Source: Saccostrea echinata
Lineage: Eukaryota
Assembly: GCF_033153115.1 (NCBI RefSeq)
Contig: NW_026889869.1
Location: forward strand, 1-64,000
Length of the DNA stretch: 64,000 nt
Direction of reading: 5' to 3'
Under the pieces are notes generated by a model that worked only from the letters and a program-made list of their open reading frames with translations, searched no databases and was not told where the DNA came from. The position numbers and the translations under genes are program-made. Positions 27,304 to 44,391 of the stretch are shown piece after piece. Position 1 is the stretch's first letter; every line of letters begins with the position of its first letter.

Positions 27304-27581
27304 NNNNNNNNNNNNNNNNNNNNNNNNNNNNNNNNNNNNNNNNNNNNNNNNNNNNNNNNNNNNNNNNNNNNNNNNNNNNNNNNNNNNNNNNNNNNNNNNN
27401 NNNNNNNNNNNNNNNNNNNNNNNNNNNNNNNNNNNNNNNNNNNNNNNNNNNNNNNNNNNNNNNNNNNNNNNNNNNNNNNNNNNNNNNNNNNNNNNNNNNN
27501 NNNNNNNNNNNNNNNNNNNNNNNNNNNNNNNNNNNNNNNNNNNNNNNNNNNNNNNNNNNNNNNNNNNNNNNNNNNNNNNNN
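27304..27581. other. Masked block (278 N), unit 4
   Basis: Same flanks as in unit 1. Confidence 0.95.
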
Positions 27582-27907
27582 TAACACTAATAATAATGGC
27601 CATATAGTTAGCGTAGGCGTTGTGATGTGGAAAAAGTAAAATTTTATTTACTTGAGGGAGGGTATGTAAACAAATTAAAAACTGACTTTTGTTTCTTCTT
27701 CTTCTCAGAAACAGCATGTTAATATTATCATGACTTTGCAATTTGCTTCCAGTCGAAGACAAATAAACTATGTGTAATAGGTAAGTGTACTTCTTGTTTA
27801 TTCATTTTGTGTTTCCATTAGTACATGTATGTAATAGAGGCATCTTTTCTAAAAATGTTGGTAGCCCTGAAAAGGGCTTTTGTAATTGGTTTAAGACAAT
27901 TGGCAGT

Positions 27908-28495
27908 CTACGCCTTGGTGGCTTTCTTTGGGGTTTTTGACTTCTTGGCTGTGGCTTTCTTGGGCGCTTTGGTTTTCGTAGGCTTTGGAGCTGCCTTGGC
28001 TTTCTTGGGAGACTTAGTAGCTGCTTTCTTCTTGGGAGACTTGGCCTTCTTGGGTGCTGCAGGTTTCTTAACAGCCTTTTTCTTTTCTGTTGGCTTTTTC
28101 TCCCCGGTTGTCTTCTTGGGTTTGGTCGTTTTCTTGGGCTTGGCAGCCTTAGGTTTGGTGACTTTTTTGGTCTTGGGTTTCTTCTCCGTCTTGGGCTTCT
28201 CTCCCAGCTTGAAGGAACCACTGGCACCTGTACCCTTGGCCTGTTTGAGAACTCCCTTCTTGACTCCGTTCTTGAGGGCCATCTTCAGATGGGTGTTGAC
28301 ACTAGAGGCGTCATTACCGACTTTGTAGTTGCCCATGATGTACTTGAGAATAGCTTGTCTCGAGGAACCTCCGCGCTCCTTCAGGGCAGCCACAGCAGCG
28401 CTGATCATCTCGATGTACTTGGGATGGGCGGGGACCGTCTTGGGTTTGGAAACCTTCTTCTTGGCGGGGGATTTTGCTGGTGCGGCGTCTGCCAT
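27908..28495 (-). CDS. H1: Histone H1
   Basis: Intact 195-aa copy. Confidence 0.98.
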   Translation of the reverse strand: MADAAPAKSPAKKKVSKPKTVPAHPKYIEMISAAVAALKERGGSSRQAILKYIMGNYKVGNDASSVNTHLKMALKNGVKKGVLKQAKGTGASGSFKLGEKPKTEKKPKTKKVTKPKAAKPKKTTKPKKTTGEKKPTEKKKAVKKPAAPKKAKSPKKKAATKSPKKAKAAPKPTKTKAPKKATAKKSKTPKKATKA

Positions 28496-30636
28496 AATTT
28501 TTTTGTCCTGTTTTCTACAACTGATGTGAACGACGTTATCGACGATAAGGAAATGAATGAAATCACCTCCGCCGATGGCCTTATTTGAGTGGCGGCGAGC
28601 GCGGACCTCCGTGAAAACTCCCCAATTGTCGAGAGCGTAGAGGATTGAACTCGTCAAACTTTGTGTTTCAATACCTGTTATTTTTCCGATTTTGTCCTTC
28701 CAATTTTACTTAATTTTCTCAAATATGTCACTGTGCGTTTTCTTGAAATAATTTCCTACATAACTGTTTTTGTTTAAGGTTCTTAATCTGTCATTTTAAA
28801 GGAGGAATTGTCTGTTGATTCTGAAAATGCGCTGTTCCCTGGAGCCCAGAAGCGACTAATTTTGATTAAAACACGAAAACAAGAGGAATAGAACACGAGT
28901 AAGGGATTGAAGTACTTACTACATTGCTATGTGATAAAACATACATGTACATTTCTTTCAATTGTCTTCTATGTTACTTAAAATCCGAATGAAAATGCAA
29001 ACATTCGGCACAAACACGCGCACAATGGATAGTGATGTGTGCCTTGCATTTCATATGAAATGGAGAGAGAGAGAAAAAAAAACAATCAAACAAAAGGGTC
29101 ATATGAAGGGAAATCACGGAATCTCACAAATTGTTGAATGTTCAAATATATATCTAATATACTTTCTAGATCAGTGGATGTTCACCCCCTTAAAGGGACA
29201 ACATATAATTTCTTTTCGAATATTTAAATACATGACACCTACTTTATAATTATAACACCGAGGACACCGGAAAGATCCAGACCGTACGTAACGTACCACA
29301 TTCGGTGGTACAACGTCTGAATTTCTCAGTATAATTATATCATAAGAATATACATAACTGACATCCTTGTAAATTACATGAAAAAAAAAAATCACATAAA
29401 AAGGGCGTGTATTTAATAATTGTAGAACACTCACTTAATTAGTAGTTATACATAAGAGAGAGACAGAGAGAGACGAACAAGGCGAATAATGGGAGTAGCT
29501 TATTCATTGATATTAATTTGTTTCTTGTAATTTACACACACAAATAATTGAGTACATGTAAATAAACAGAATGTGGTCAAAAGCCAATGTATTTAAAATC
29601 TATATCTTTCAAGTTGAACAAGACAACCAGTATATAATACAAGACAATACAATACATTGATAGAAGCATCAAATTGGTTGCACACTTTCCACGTGCAGAT
29701 CATGATTCCCTGCATCTATATGTCACGTGACGATGCAGATGTGCTGCACGGCGCAGTGATGGACATCGCAATAAATGTAAAGTGTTGAAAAAAATGTCGT
29801 TTAGTCATTCGCATCGGTAGTCTATTCGAAAGAAAATTTACTACCAGTTTTTAATTGTGTTAGTACTGTAAGTATCCGGAAACTGGCATCGAGTTGCTTT
29901 TATTCACTCTTATTATGGGAAGCACACTTTTTTGAATAAGAACATTCAAGACATAATATAAACCACATCTTCTTATTCTTATGAGATTCTTATATTCATA
30001 ACTTTTATCTATTTTTATCAATTAGGAATTTTGTCTAAATAATCATCATATAAAACAATAGCGAGGGGGAAAAAAAAGAAACATTAAGGATTTAACTGGA
30101 GTTACAGATCTTTTGAATATGTTAATAAAATAATGATCATATTTAAAAATATTTGTATCAAAGGAAAAAAATTGAAAGTTAGATCGCCATGTTAGATGAT
30201 TTTCGCAGTTTCTAGTCTTAATTGGTCAATGAAATGGGTTTTTTTTTTCTTATCTCTTTGTTGAGTGAGCATTCAAGTAATACGTGAGAATTCAACATTT
30301 GTACGCAGGCCTATAAGGTTTGGATTCAACTGCCTATAACGAGAAAGAAAAAAACGTACATATACGAATATACATGCGAGTCAATTTTAAAATTTATTGC
30401 TTTTGTTATTAACTTAATACATTTATTTATCATTAAATATATAACACTTTCTTTGATGTTTGATCTCTGTTCTGTGTTGAAAATTATTGAATTCGTGTGT
30501 TTCTATTATTTTCTAGCTATAATAATTGTTTACGTTTCAACTCGTTTGTAATGTAGGTATCTTTTCGAAAAGCTTATGTGGCCGTGAAAACGGCCGTTTG
30601 GTTTTGTGCTGCACACAACACAACTATAGGATCTTT

Positions 30637-31023
<387 letters not shown>

Positions 31024-31269
31024 TTATGTTCTTTCGTGTACAGTCAACGAATAATCCAGCGACGCCCGCACGCACCAATTTAAACAACCAAGCGGATCCA
31101 ACGGTGCAGCCAATTAACGCGTCGCTCTGTTGTGCCTTTAGGTGAAATCCGAACAAGTAATGTTTTCTCGGAGGTCCGTAACAAGCTTCTCCTCCTACTC
31201 GCATATAAATAGTAAATTTTACCATTTTACTTTATTCATCTCTTCAGTTTGACCTGTCAACTTGAGATC

Positions 31270-31641
31270 ATGCCACCCAAAGTCGGATCCAAAGGCGCCA
31301 AGAAAGCAGTCACCAAGGCCAAGACACCGAGGAGCACAGACAAGAAAAGGAGGAAGAGGAGGAGGGAATCTTATGCCATTTACATCTACAAAGTCCTAAA
31401 GCAGGTGCACCCTGACACTGGTGTTTCCAGCAAGGCCATGAGCATAATGAACTCCTTCGTCAACGATATCTTTGAGAGAATCGCTGCCGAAGCCTCTCGT
31501 TTGGCCCACTACAACAAGCGATCTACAATCACAAGCAGAGAGGTCCAGACTGCTGTCCGTCTCCTTCTGCCCGGTGAACTGGCCAAGCACGCCGTATCTG
31601 AGGGCACCAAAGCCGTCACCAAGTACACCAGCAGCAAATAA
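31270..31641 (+). CDS. H2B: Histone H2B
   Basis: Identical protein. Confidence 0.99.
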   Translation: MPPKVGSKGAKKAVTKAKTPRSTDKKRRKRRRESYAIYIYKVLKQVHPDTGVSSKAMSIMNSFVNDIFERIAAEASRLAHYNKRSTITSREVQTAVRLLLPGELAKHAVSEGTKAVTKYTSSK

Positions 31642-32706
31642 TCTCATTTTGCAAGTACACACACCAAACGGCCCTTTTAAGGGCCAACTAATTTTTAAGA
31701 AAAGATACCTTCATATTACATGCGTTATTGAGACACAAATAATATGTGTGAGTGTTACAATGTGAATGCATGTGCTCGTAAAAGTGGCAAACGTATAAAA
31801 ATCCCACATTGTTTACAACTGATTATAATAACAGAAGTAGGATAAATAAAGAAATACAAGTAGGTATTATTATATGTATGAGAGCCAAATTTTATTCACA
31901 AATAACTTGAATGTACAACCAAGCATATATCTAAAATAACTGTATCTTCAAATATAAATAAAATACAAGCATGCGAGGTCCATCTGATGTACACAAAATC
32001 CTGGTTCATTTGTCCTCTGTATACTGAATTAATTATCAGCGTACATTATATAATTGATAATAAAGTATCTCAATTCAGCTAATATCAATGAAACAGATAA
32101 ATAAATTCAAGACCCCCCCCCCCTCCCCTTTCTTTGACATTGACATATTGGAATTTTCAATCAGTAATTATACATCAATAAAAGTGCAATGACCAAAATG
32201 CGATAATTATACATTGACAATTAATTGTCTAACATTAGTCATAATTGTTAAACAAGAAAAAAAAAGCATGTCACTCAGCGCCAGTTGGTACCTGTCATTG
32301 TCGGTAGATCGATCCCTCAAAATAATACTCAAGACAGCAGCATTATTATTTTAATATATGATTATAATAATAAAAAAAATTAAATAATATATACTGTTTG
32401 TGTGTGTTTATTCAATATTTCTTGTCCAAACCTAAATTCAATACATATTTGTTGCTCTGTATATAGTTTTGAGGAAATATTACGACATAAAGGGTCTTAC
32501 TCTGTTATTGTTGTGTATTTATTTTACCACTTACAACCATTCTGTATTCAACTTTGTACAGTGAATATCTGTATAACAAGTACTCAGTAAGTAAATGTCT
32601 GTCTTAACGATGTTTAAGAGGCATCTTTTCGAAAAATTTGGGTGGCCGTGATAACGGCCGTTTGTGTTTGTTTTAAACTTCTGTCTTGACTGTCAAACTG
32701 AATTCT

Positions 32707-33027
<321 letters not shown>

Positions 33028-34403
33028 TCAGCCAGTAGTACTGTTCTGATGAACTGATCATGCGTAATTGCCTAATTTATAGTCCAAATTGAGGACCCGT
33101 GAGAGCGCACGATGCTTTGAAAAGTTCGGAACGTTACCAAAGCGGTATTGTGACAAGCTTTACGATTGGTCAGCTTGGCATGATGGGAATGTTTACATTT
33201 CTTGCCCCACGGGAATTTTAACCACATTTAATTAATTTTGATTCTTTAATTTCTTCACATATAGGCAAGTTTAGGTTCAATTTATTCACCTAAACCAAAA
33301 TATTGGTACGTGGAGGTACATATATACATTTTATACAAACTGATATACAAAAAAAAAAAAAAAAAAACATGACAGAAAATGAATAAAAATGATAAAGAGA
33401 GAGAGGGGAATTATATCAAGCAGGACAGACAGCATCATAATTTTTTAGGATAAACATACACAATTTTTTGTTTTGTTGTTGTTATTTTTTTATTTCAGTA
33501 TTTTTTGCTTTGAGTTTAACAAAATAAATACCGTTGTTGCCGAATGATAATAAAAACGTGTGTGGGTGGGTGGGTGGGGATTAAGTTATTCAAAGGAAAG
33601 GGGTGTGACAGATAACACCGAAATAATACAAAATGTAGAAGCTGAATGAAACTTTTGATTCTCATTCATTTATGATATCTAGTTATAGATGTGATAATTT
33701 ATTTGATTTCCTCTTTTCTCAGTTAATTTTCAAAGGCAACTTTAAGCAGTGACCAAACCGGCTTTATAAATGAGCCTTTTTCATTTTATTACACGCCACG
33801 TTAGAATGAATATCGTTATATTTGACGTTGTTTAGAAATCAATAAAAATCATACTTTGAATATAAATGAAATACGGAATTGCAGTTCTGAAATGCATGTA
33901 CTCGCATATGTGCATAGCTGTAGAACTAATGAGATAAAGTTGTAATACTGTTATTATTTTTTGCTTCGACACATTCCATCATTTTCTATTTAAATAATTG
34001 TGCTATTTTCTAATTTATTTCGCAAAATTCTTGAATGTATTCTAGAGGGGCAGGTTGATGGACTTGTACAAAATATAGTTTCAAGATGTGTAGACAACTT
34101 CTACAACTTGATGATGACAATAATACTATGAAATTGTCTAGCATTGTGCTATGTAATTATATATATGTAAGGCACAGATATATTCACTGAAGGATGTACT
34201 GTGTCTCAACATTTTTTTTTTTTTTTTTTTTTTCAATTTGGGGGCATTGTACGCCGAATTTGACAAAATTTATTAATTTCGGCCAAATAATTCAGCATTA
34301 TTTTCAGAGATGTTTCAACGTCTGAACAGAAGGCATCTTTTCGAAGAATGTAGGTGGCCGTGAAAACGGCCGTTTGCTTTAGGACTTGAAATACAGCTTA
34401 AAA

Positions 34404-34823
<420 letters not shown>

Positions 34824-35549
34824 TCAGATTATTCAAACTCGAATGAATGAAGTGGCAGTGTTGCACCGTGAACTTATATATCTTTGTAAGCTCAAGTTGA
34901 AAATCGCTGCGGTCTACCAGTCGGCTTAGTCGATTGGCTGGTGCCCGCAGTAACACTCGCTACGATTAGTCAGGTGAACGAGATGACCATTGGCTACGTC
35001 TGTAGGTAGTTTCAATCCACAGAATTGCCCCAAAAGAAAAAGAAAATCAAGTCGGTTTTTGACACATGATTTCACTGCAGATACATATAGTCAAATATTT
35101 TTTTTAAAAATATATATATGGTGAATAATGGGGATGAATGTAACGTCAATTGAATAGAAAATAGAATTATTTATTATATATATACATATATTTTCAATTC
35201 GTTATTGAAGCAAAATGCATTTTCGAAAAATATATATTATATATTTCTTGTCATTATTTCCTCCTACCATTATCTGAACAAGCCCAGTAATATTACTAAG
35301 TATCATGATACTTGCAGATAATCAGAATGGTGCATATAGGATGAACAGGAATTACCCTGTTGCAAAAACAAGAACAAAACAAATAATACAAATAAATGAA
35401 TAATTAATTAAATGAATGAATAATTAAATAAATGAATGAATGAATGAATGAATAAATGAAAAGAATAAATAAATGAAAAGAATAAGAATGTATGTATCTG
35501 TCTTTCAAAAGGTACGCATGAACTTTTATTCCATTCGTTCCACATTTGA

Positions 35550-35822
35550 NNNNNNNNNNNNNNNNNNNNNNNNNNNNNNNNNNNNNNNNNNNNNNNNNNN
35601 NNNNNNNNNNNNNNNNNNNNNNNNNNNNNNNNNNNNNNNNNNNNNNNNNNNNNNNNNNNNNNNNNNNNNNNNNNNNNNNNNNNNNNNNNNNNNNNNNNNN
35701 NNNNNNNNNNNNNNNNNNNNNNNNNNNNNNNNNNNNNNNNNNNNNNNNNNNNNNNNNNNNNNNNNNNNNNNNNNNNNNNNNNNNNNNNNNNNNNNNNNNN
35801 NNNNNNNNNNNNNNNNNNNNNN
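35550..35822. other. Masked block (273 N), unit 5
   Basis: Same flanks as in unit 1. Confidence 0.95.
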
Positions 35823-36148
35823 TAACACTAATAATAATGGCCATATAGTTAGCGTAGGCGTTGTGATGTGGAAAAAGTAAAATTTTATTTACTTGAGGGA
35901 GGGTATGTAAACAAATTAAAAACTGACTTTTGTTTCTTCTTCTTCTCAGAAACAGCATGTTAATATTATCATGACTTTGCAATTTGCTTCCAGTCGAAGA
36001 CAAATAAACTATGTGTAATAGGTAAGTGTACTTCTTGTTTATTCATTTTGTGTTTCCATTAGTACATGTATGTAATAGAGGCATCTTTTCTAAAAATGTT
36101 GGTAGCCCTGAAAAGGGCTTTTGTAATTGGTTTAAGACAATTGGCAGT

Positions 36149-36736
36149 CTACGCCTTGGTGGCTTTCTTTGGGGTTTTTGACTTCTTGGCTGTGGCTTTC
36201 TTGGGCGCTTTGGTTTTCGTAGGCTTTGGAGCTGCCTTGGCTTTCTTGGGAGACTTAGTAGCTGCTTTCTTCTTGGGAGACTTGGCCTTCTTGGGTGCTG
36301 CAGGTTTCTTAACAGCCTTTTTCTTTTCTGTTGGCTTTTTCTCCCCGGTTGTCTTCTTGGGTTTGGTCGTTTTCTTGGGCTTGGCAGCCTTAGGTTTGGT
36401 GACTTTTTTGGTCTTGGGTTTCTTCTCCGTCTTGGGCTTCTCTCCCAGCTTGAAGGAACCACTGGCACCTGTACCCTTGGCCTGTTTGAGAACTCCCTTC
36501 TTGACTCCGTTCTTGAGGGCCATCTTCAGATGGGTGTTGACACTAGAGGCGTCATTACCGACTTTGTAGTTGCCCATGATGTACTTGAGAATAGCTTGTC
36601 TCGAGGAACCTCCGCGCTCCTTCAGGGCAGCCACAGCAGCGCTGATCATCTCGATGTACTTGGGATGGGCGGGGACCGTCTTGGGTTTGGAAACCTTCTT
36701 CTTGGCGGGGGATTTTGCTGGTGCGGCGTCTGCCAT
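36149..36736 (-). CDS. H1: Histone H1
   Basis: Intact 195-aa copy. Confidence 0.98.
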   Translation of the reverse strand: MADAAPAKSPAKKKVSKPKTVPAHPKYIEMISAAVAALKERGGSSRQAILKYIMGNYKVGNDASSVNTHLKMALKNGVKKGVLKQAKGTGASGSFKLGEKPKTEKKPKTKKVTKPKAAKPKKTTKPKKTTGEKKPTEKKKAVKKPAAPKKAKSPKKKAATKSPKKAKAAPKPTKTKAPKKATAKKSKTPKKATKA

Positions 36737-38879
36737 AATTTTTTTGTCCTGTTTTCTACAACTGATGTGAACGACGTTATCGACGATAAGGAAATGAATG
36801 AAATCACCTCCGCCGATGGCCTTATTTGAGTGGCGGCGAGCGCGGACCTCCGTGAAAACTCCCCAATTGTCGAGAGCGTAGAGGATTGAACTCGTCAAAC
36901 TTTGTGTTTCAATACCTGTTATTTTTCCGATTTTGTCCTCCCAATTTTACTTAATTTTCTCAAATATGTCACTGTGCGTTTTCTTGAAATAATTTCCTAC
37001 ATAACTGTTTTTGTTTAAGGTTCTTAATCTGTCATTTTAAAGGAGGAATTGTCTGTTGATTCTGAAAATGCGCTGTTCCCTGGAGCCCAGAAGCGACTAA
37101 TTTTGATTAAAACACGAAAACAAGAGGAATAGAACACGAGTAAGGGATTGAAGTACTTACTACATTGCTATGTGATAAAACATACATGTACATTTCTTTC
37201 AATTGTCTTCTATGTTACTTAAAATCCGAATGAAAATGCAAACATTCGGCACAAACACGCGCACAATGGATAGTGATGTGTGCCTTGCATTTCATATGAA
37301 ATGGAGAGAGAGAGAAAAAAAAACAATCAAACAAAAGGGTCATATGAAGGGAAATCACGGAATCTCACAAATTGTTGAATGTTCAAATATATATCTAATA
37401 TACTTTCTAGATCAGTGGATGTTCACCCCCTTAAAGGGACAACATATAATTTCTTTTCGAATATTTAAATACATGACACCTACTTTATAATTATAACACC
37501 GAGGACACCGGAAAGATCCAGACCGTACGTAACGTACCACATTCGGTGGTACAACGTCTGAATTTCTCAGTATAATTATATCATAAGAATATACATAACT
37601 GACATCCTTGTAAATTACATGAAAAAAAAAAATCACATAAAAAGGGCGTGTATTTAATAATTGTAGAACACTCACTTAATTAGTAGTTATACATAAGAGA
37701 GAGACAGAGAGAGACGAACAAGGCGAATAATGGGAGTAGCTTATTCATTGATATTAATTTGTTTCTTGTAATTTACACACACAAATAATTGAGTACATGT
37801 AAATAAACAGAATGTGGTCAAAAGCCAATGTATTTAAAATCTATATCTTTCAAGTTGAACAAGACAACCAGTATATAATACAAGACAATACAATACATTG
37901 ATAGAAGCATCAAATTGGTTGCACACTTTCCACGTGCAGATCATGATTCCCTGCATCTATATGTCACGTGACGATGCAGATGTGCTGCACGGCGCAGTGA
38001 TGGACATCGCAATAAATGTAAAGTGTTGAAAAAAATGTCGTTTAGTCATTCGCATCGGTAGTCTATTCGAAAGAAAATTTACTACCAGTTTTTAATTGTG
38101 TTAGTACTGTAAGTATCCGGAAACTGGCATCGAGTTGCTTTTATTCACTCTTATTATGGGAAGCACACTTTTTTGAATAAGAACATTCAAGACATAATAT
38201 AAACCACATCTTCTTATTCTTATGAGATTCTTATATTCATAACTTTTATCTATTTTTATCAATTAGGAATTTTGTCTAAATAATCATCATATAAAACAAT
38301 AGCGAGGGGGAAAAAAAAAGAAACATTAAGGATTTAACTGGAGTTACAGATCTTTTGAATATGTTAATAAAATAATGATCATATTTAAAAATATTTGTAT
38401 CAAAGGAAAAAAATTGAAAGTTAGATCGCCATGTTAGATGATTTTCGCAGTTTCTAGTCTTAATTGGTCAATGAAATGGGTTTTTTTTTTTCTTATCTCT
38501 TTGTTGAGTGAGCATTCAAGTAATACGTGAGAATTCAACATTTGTACGCAGGCCTATAAGGTTTGGATTCAACTGCCTATAACGAGAAAGAAAAAAACGT
38601 ACATATACGAATATACATGCGAGTCAATTTTAAAATTTATTGCTTTTGTTATTAACTTAATACATTTATTTATCATTAAATATATAACACTTTCTTTGAT
38701 GTTTGATCTCTGTTCTGTGTTGAAAATTATTGAATTCGTGTGTTTCTATTATTTTCTAGCTATAATAATTGTTTACGTTTCAACTCGTTTGTAATGTAGG
38801 TATCTTTTCGAAAAGCTTATGTGGCCGTGAAAACGGCCGTTTGGTTTTGTGCTGCACACAACACAACTATAGGATCTTT

Positions 38880-39266
<387 letters not shown>

Positions 39267-39512
39267 TTATGTTCTTTCGTGTACAGTCAACGAATAATCC
39301 AGCGACGCCCGCACGCACCAATTTAAACAACCAAGCGGATCCAACGGTGCAGCCAATTAACGCGTCGCTCTGTTGTGCCTTTAGGTGAAATCCGAACAAG
39401 TAATGTTTTCTCGGAGGTCCGTAACAAGCTTCTCCTCCTACTCGCATATAAATAGTAAATTTTACCATTTTACTTTATTCATCTCTTCAGTTTGACCTGT
39501 CAACTTGAGATC

Positions 39513-39884
39513 ATGCCACCCAAAGTCGGATCCAAAGGCGCCAAGAAAGCAGTCACCAAGGCCAAGACACCGAGGAGCACAGACAAGAAAAGGAGGAAGA
39601 GGAGGAGGGAATCTTATGCCATTTACATCTACAAAGTCCTAAAGCAGGTGCACCCTGACACTGGTGTTTCCAGCAAGGCCATGAGCATAATGAACTCCTT
39701 CGTCAACGATATCTTTGAGAGAATCGCTGCCGAAGCCTCTCGTTTGGCCCACTACAACAAGCGATCTACAATCACAAGCAGAGAGGTCCAGACTGCTGTC
39801 CGTCTCCTTCTGCCCGGTGAACTGGCCAAGCACGCCGTATCTGAGGGCACCAAAGCCGTCACCAAGTACACCAGCAGCAAATAA
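39513..39884 (+). CDS. H2B: Histone H2B
   Basis: Identical protein. Confidence 0.99.
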   Translation: MPPKVGSKGAKKAVTKAKTPRSTDKKRRKRRRESYAIYIYKVLKQVHPDTGVSSKAMSIMNSFVNDIFERIAAEASRLAHYNKRSTITSREVQTAVRLLLPGELAKHAVSEGTKAVTKYTSSK

Positions 39885-40948
39885 TCTCATTTTGCAAGTA
39901 CACACACCAAACGGCCCTTTTAAGGGCCAACTAATTTTTAAGAAAAGATACCTTCATATTACATGCGTTATTGAGACACAAATAATATGTGTGAGTGTTA
40001 CAATGTGAATGCATGTGCTCGTAAAAGTGGCAAACGTATAAAAATCCCACATTGTTTACAACTGATTATAATAACAGAAGTAGGATAAATAAAGAAATAC
40101 AAGTAGGTATTATTATATGTATGAGAGCCAAATTTTATTCACAAATAACTTGAATGTACAACCAAGCATATATCTAAAATAACTGTATCTTCAAATATAA
40201 ATAAAATACAAGCATGCGAGGTCCATCTGATGTACACAAAATCCTGGTTCATTTGTCCTCTGTATACTGAATTAATTATCAGCGTACATTATATAATTGA
40301 TAATAAAGTATCTCAATTCAGCTAATATCAATGAAACAGATAAATAAATTCAAGACCCCCCCCCCTCCCCTTTCTTTGACATTGACATATTGGAATTTTC
40401 AATCAGTAATTATACATCAATAAAAGTGCAATGACCAAAATGCGATAATTATACATTGACAATTAATTGTCTAACATTAGTCATAATTGTTAAACAAGAA
40501 AAAAAAAGCATGTCACTCAGCGCCAGTTGGTACCTGTCATTGTCGGTAGATCGATCCCTCAAAATAATACTCAAGACAGCAGCATTATTATTTTAATATA
40601 TGATTATAATAATAAAAAAAATTAAATAATATATACTGTTTGTGTGTGTTTATTCAATATTTCTTGTCCAAACCTAAATTCAATACATATTTGTTGCTCT
40701 GTATATAGTTTTGAGGAAATATTACGACATAAAGGGTCTTACTCTGTTATTGTTGTGTATTTATTTTACCACTTACAACCATTCTGTATTCAACTTTGTA
40801 CAGTGAATATCTGTATAACAAGTACTCAGTAAGTAAATGTCTGTCTTAACGATGTTTAAGAGGCATCTTTTCGAAAAATTTGGGTGGCCGTGATAACGGC
40901 CGTTTGTGTTTGTTTTAAACTTCTGTCTTGACTGTCAAACTGAATTCT

Positions 40949-41269
<321 letters not shown>

Positions 41270-42645
41270 TCAGCCAGTAGTACTGTTCTGATGAACTGAT
41301 CATGCGTAATTGCCTAATTTATAGTCCAAATTGAGGACCCGTGAGAGCGCACGATGCTTTGAAAAGTTCGGAACGTTACCAAAGCGGTATTGTGACAAGC
41401 TTTACGATTGGTCAGCTTGGCATGATGGGAATGTTTACATTTCTTGCCCCACGGGAATTTTAACCACATTTAATTAATTTTGATTCTTTAATTTCTTCAC
41501 ATATAGGCAAGTTTAGGTTCAATTTATTCACCTAAACCAAAATATTGGTACGTGGAGGTACATATATACATTTTATACAAACTGATATACAAAAAAAAAA
41601 AAAAAAAAACATGACAGAAAATGAATAAAAATGATAAAGAGAGAGAGGGGAATTATATCAAGCAGGACAGACAGCATCATAATTTTTTAGGATAAACATA
41701 CACAATTTTTTGTTTTGTTGTTGTTATTTTTTTATTTCAGTATTTTTTGCTTTGAGTTTAACAAAATAAATACCGTTGTTGCCGAATGATAATAAAAACG
41801 TGTGTGGGTGGGTGGGTGGGGATTAAGTTATTCAAAGGAAAGGGGTGTGACAGATAACACCGAAATAATACAAAATGTAGAAGCTGAATGAAACTTTTGA
41901 TTCTCATTCATTTATGATATCTAGTTATAGATGTGATAATTTATTTGATTTCCTCTTTTCTCAGTTAATTTTCAAAGGCAACTTTAAGCAGTGACCAAAC
42001 CGGCTTTATAAATGAGCCTTTTTCATTTTATTACACGCCACGTTAGAATGAATATCGTTATATTTGACGTTGTTTAGAAATCAATAAAAATCATACTTTG
42101 AATATAAATGAAATACGGAATTGCAGTTCTGAAATGCATGTACTCGCATATGTGCATAGCTGTAGAACTAATGAGATAAAGTTGTAATACTGTTATTATT
42201 TTTTGCTTCGACACATTCCATCATTTTCTATTTAAATAATTGTGCTATTTTCTAATTTATTTCGCAAAATTCTTGAATGTATTCTAGAGGGGCAGGTTGA
42301 TGGACTTGTACAAAATATAGTTTCAAGATGTGTAGACAACTTCTACAACTTGATGATGACAATAATACTATGAAATTGTCTAGCATTGTGCTATGTAATT
42401 ATATATATGTAAGGCACAGATATATTCACTGAAGGATGTACTGTGTCTCAACATTTTTTTTTTTTTTTTTTTTTTCAATTTGGGGGCATTGTACGCCGAA
42501 TTTGACAAAATTTATTAATTTCGGCCAAATAATTCAACATTATTTTCAGAGATGTTTCAACGTCTGAACAGAAGGCATCTTTTCGAAGAATGTAGGTGGC
42601 CGTGAAAACGGCCGTTTGCTTTAGGACTTGAAATACAGCTTAAAA

Positions 42646-43065
<420 letters not shown>

Positions 43066-43791
43066 TCAGATTATTCAAACTCGAATGAATGAAGTGGCAG
43101 TGTTGCACCGTGAACTTATATATCTTTGTAAGCTCAAGTTGAAAATCGCTGCGGTCTACCAGTCGGCTTAGTCGATTGGCTGGTGCCCGCAGTAACACTC
43201 GCTACGATTAGTCAGGTGAACGAGATGACCATTGGCTACGTCTGTAGGTAGTTTCAATCCACAGAATTGCCCCAAAAGAAAAAGAAAATCAAGTCGGTTT
43301 TTGACACATGATTTCACTGCAGATACATATAGTCAAATATTTTTTTTAAAAATATATATATGGTGAATAATGGGGATGAATGTAACGTCAATTGAATAGA
43401 AAATAGAATTATTTATTATATATATACATATATTTTCAATTCGTTATTGAAGCAAAATGCATTTTCGAAAAATATATATTATATATTTCTTGTCATTATT
43501 TCCTCCTACCATTATCTGAACAAGCCCAGTAATATTACTAAGTATCATGATACTTGCAGATAATCAGAATGGTGCATATAGGATGAACAGGAATTACCCT
43601 GTTGCAAAAACAAGAACAAAACAAATAATACAAATAAATGAATAATTAATTAAATGAATGAATAATTAAATAAATGAATGAATGAATGAATGAATAAATG
43701 AAAAGAATAAATAAATGAAAAGAATAAGAATGTATGTATCTGTCTTTCAAAAGGTACGCATGAACTTTTATTCCATTCGTTCCACATTTGA

Positions 43792-44065
43792 NNNNNNNNN
43801 NNNNNNNNNNNNNNNNNNNNNNNNNNNNNNNNNNNNNNNNNNNNNNNNNNNNNNNNNNNNNNNNNNNNNNNNNNNNNNNNNNNNNNNNNNNNNNNNNNNN
43901 NNNNNNNNNNNNNNNNNNNNNNNNNNNNNNNNNNNNNNNNNNNNNNNNNNNNNNNNNNNNNNNNNNNNNNNNNNNNNNNNNNNNNNNNNNNNNNNNNNNN
44001 NNNNNNNNNNNNNNNNNNNNNNNNNNNNNNNNNNNNNNNNNNNNNNNNNNNNNNNNNNNNNNNNN
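43792..44065. other. Masked block (274 N), unit 6
   Basis: Same flanks as in unit 1. Confidence 0.95.
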
Positions 44066-44391
44066 TAACACTAATAATAATGGCCATATAGTTAGCGTAG
44101 GCGTTGTGATGTGGAAAAAGTAAAATTTTATTTACTTGAGGGAGGGTATGTAAACAAATTAAAAACTGACTTTTGTTTCTTCTTCTTCTCAGAAACAGCA
44201 TGTTAATATTATCATGACTTTGCAATTTGCTTCCAGTCGAAGACAAATAAACTATGTGTAATAGGTAAGTGTACTTCTTGTTTATTCATTTTGTGTTTCC
44301 ATTAGTACATGTATGTAATAGAGGCATCTTTTCTAAAAATGTTGGTAGCCCTGAAAAGGGCTTTTGTAATTGGTTTAAGACAATTGGCAGT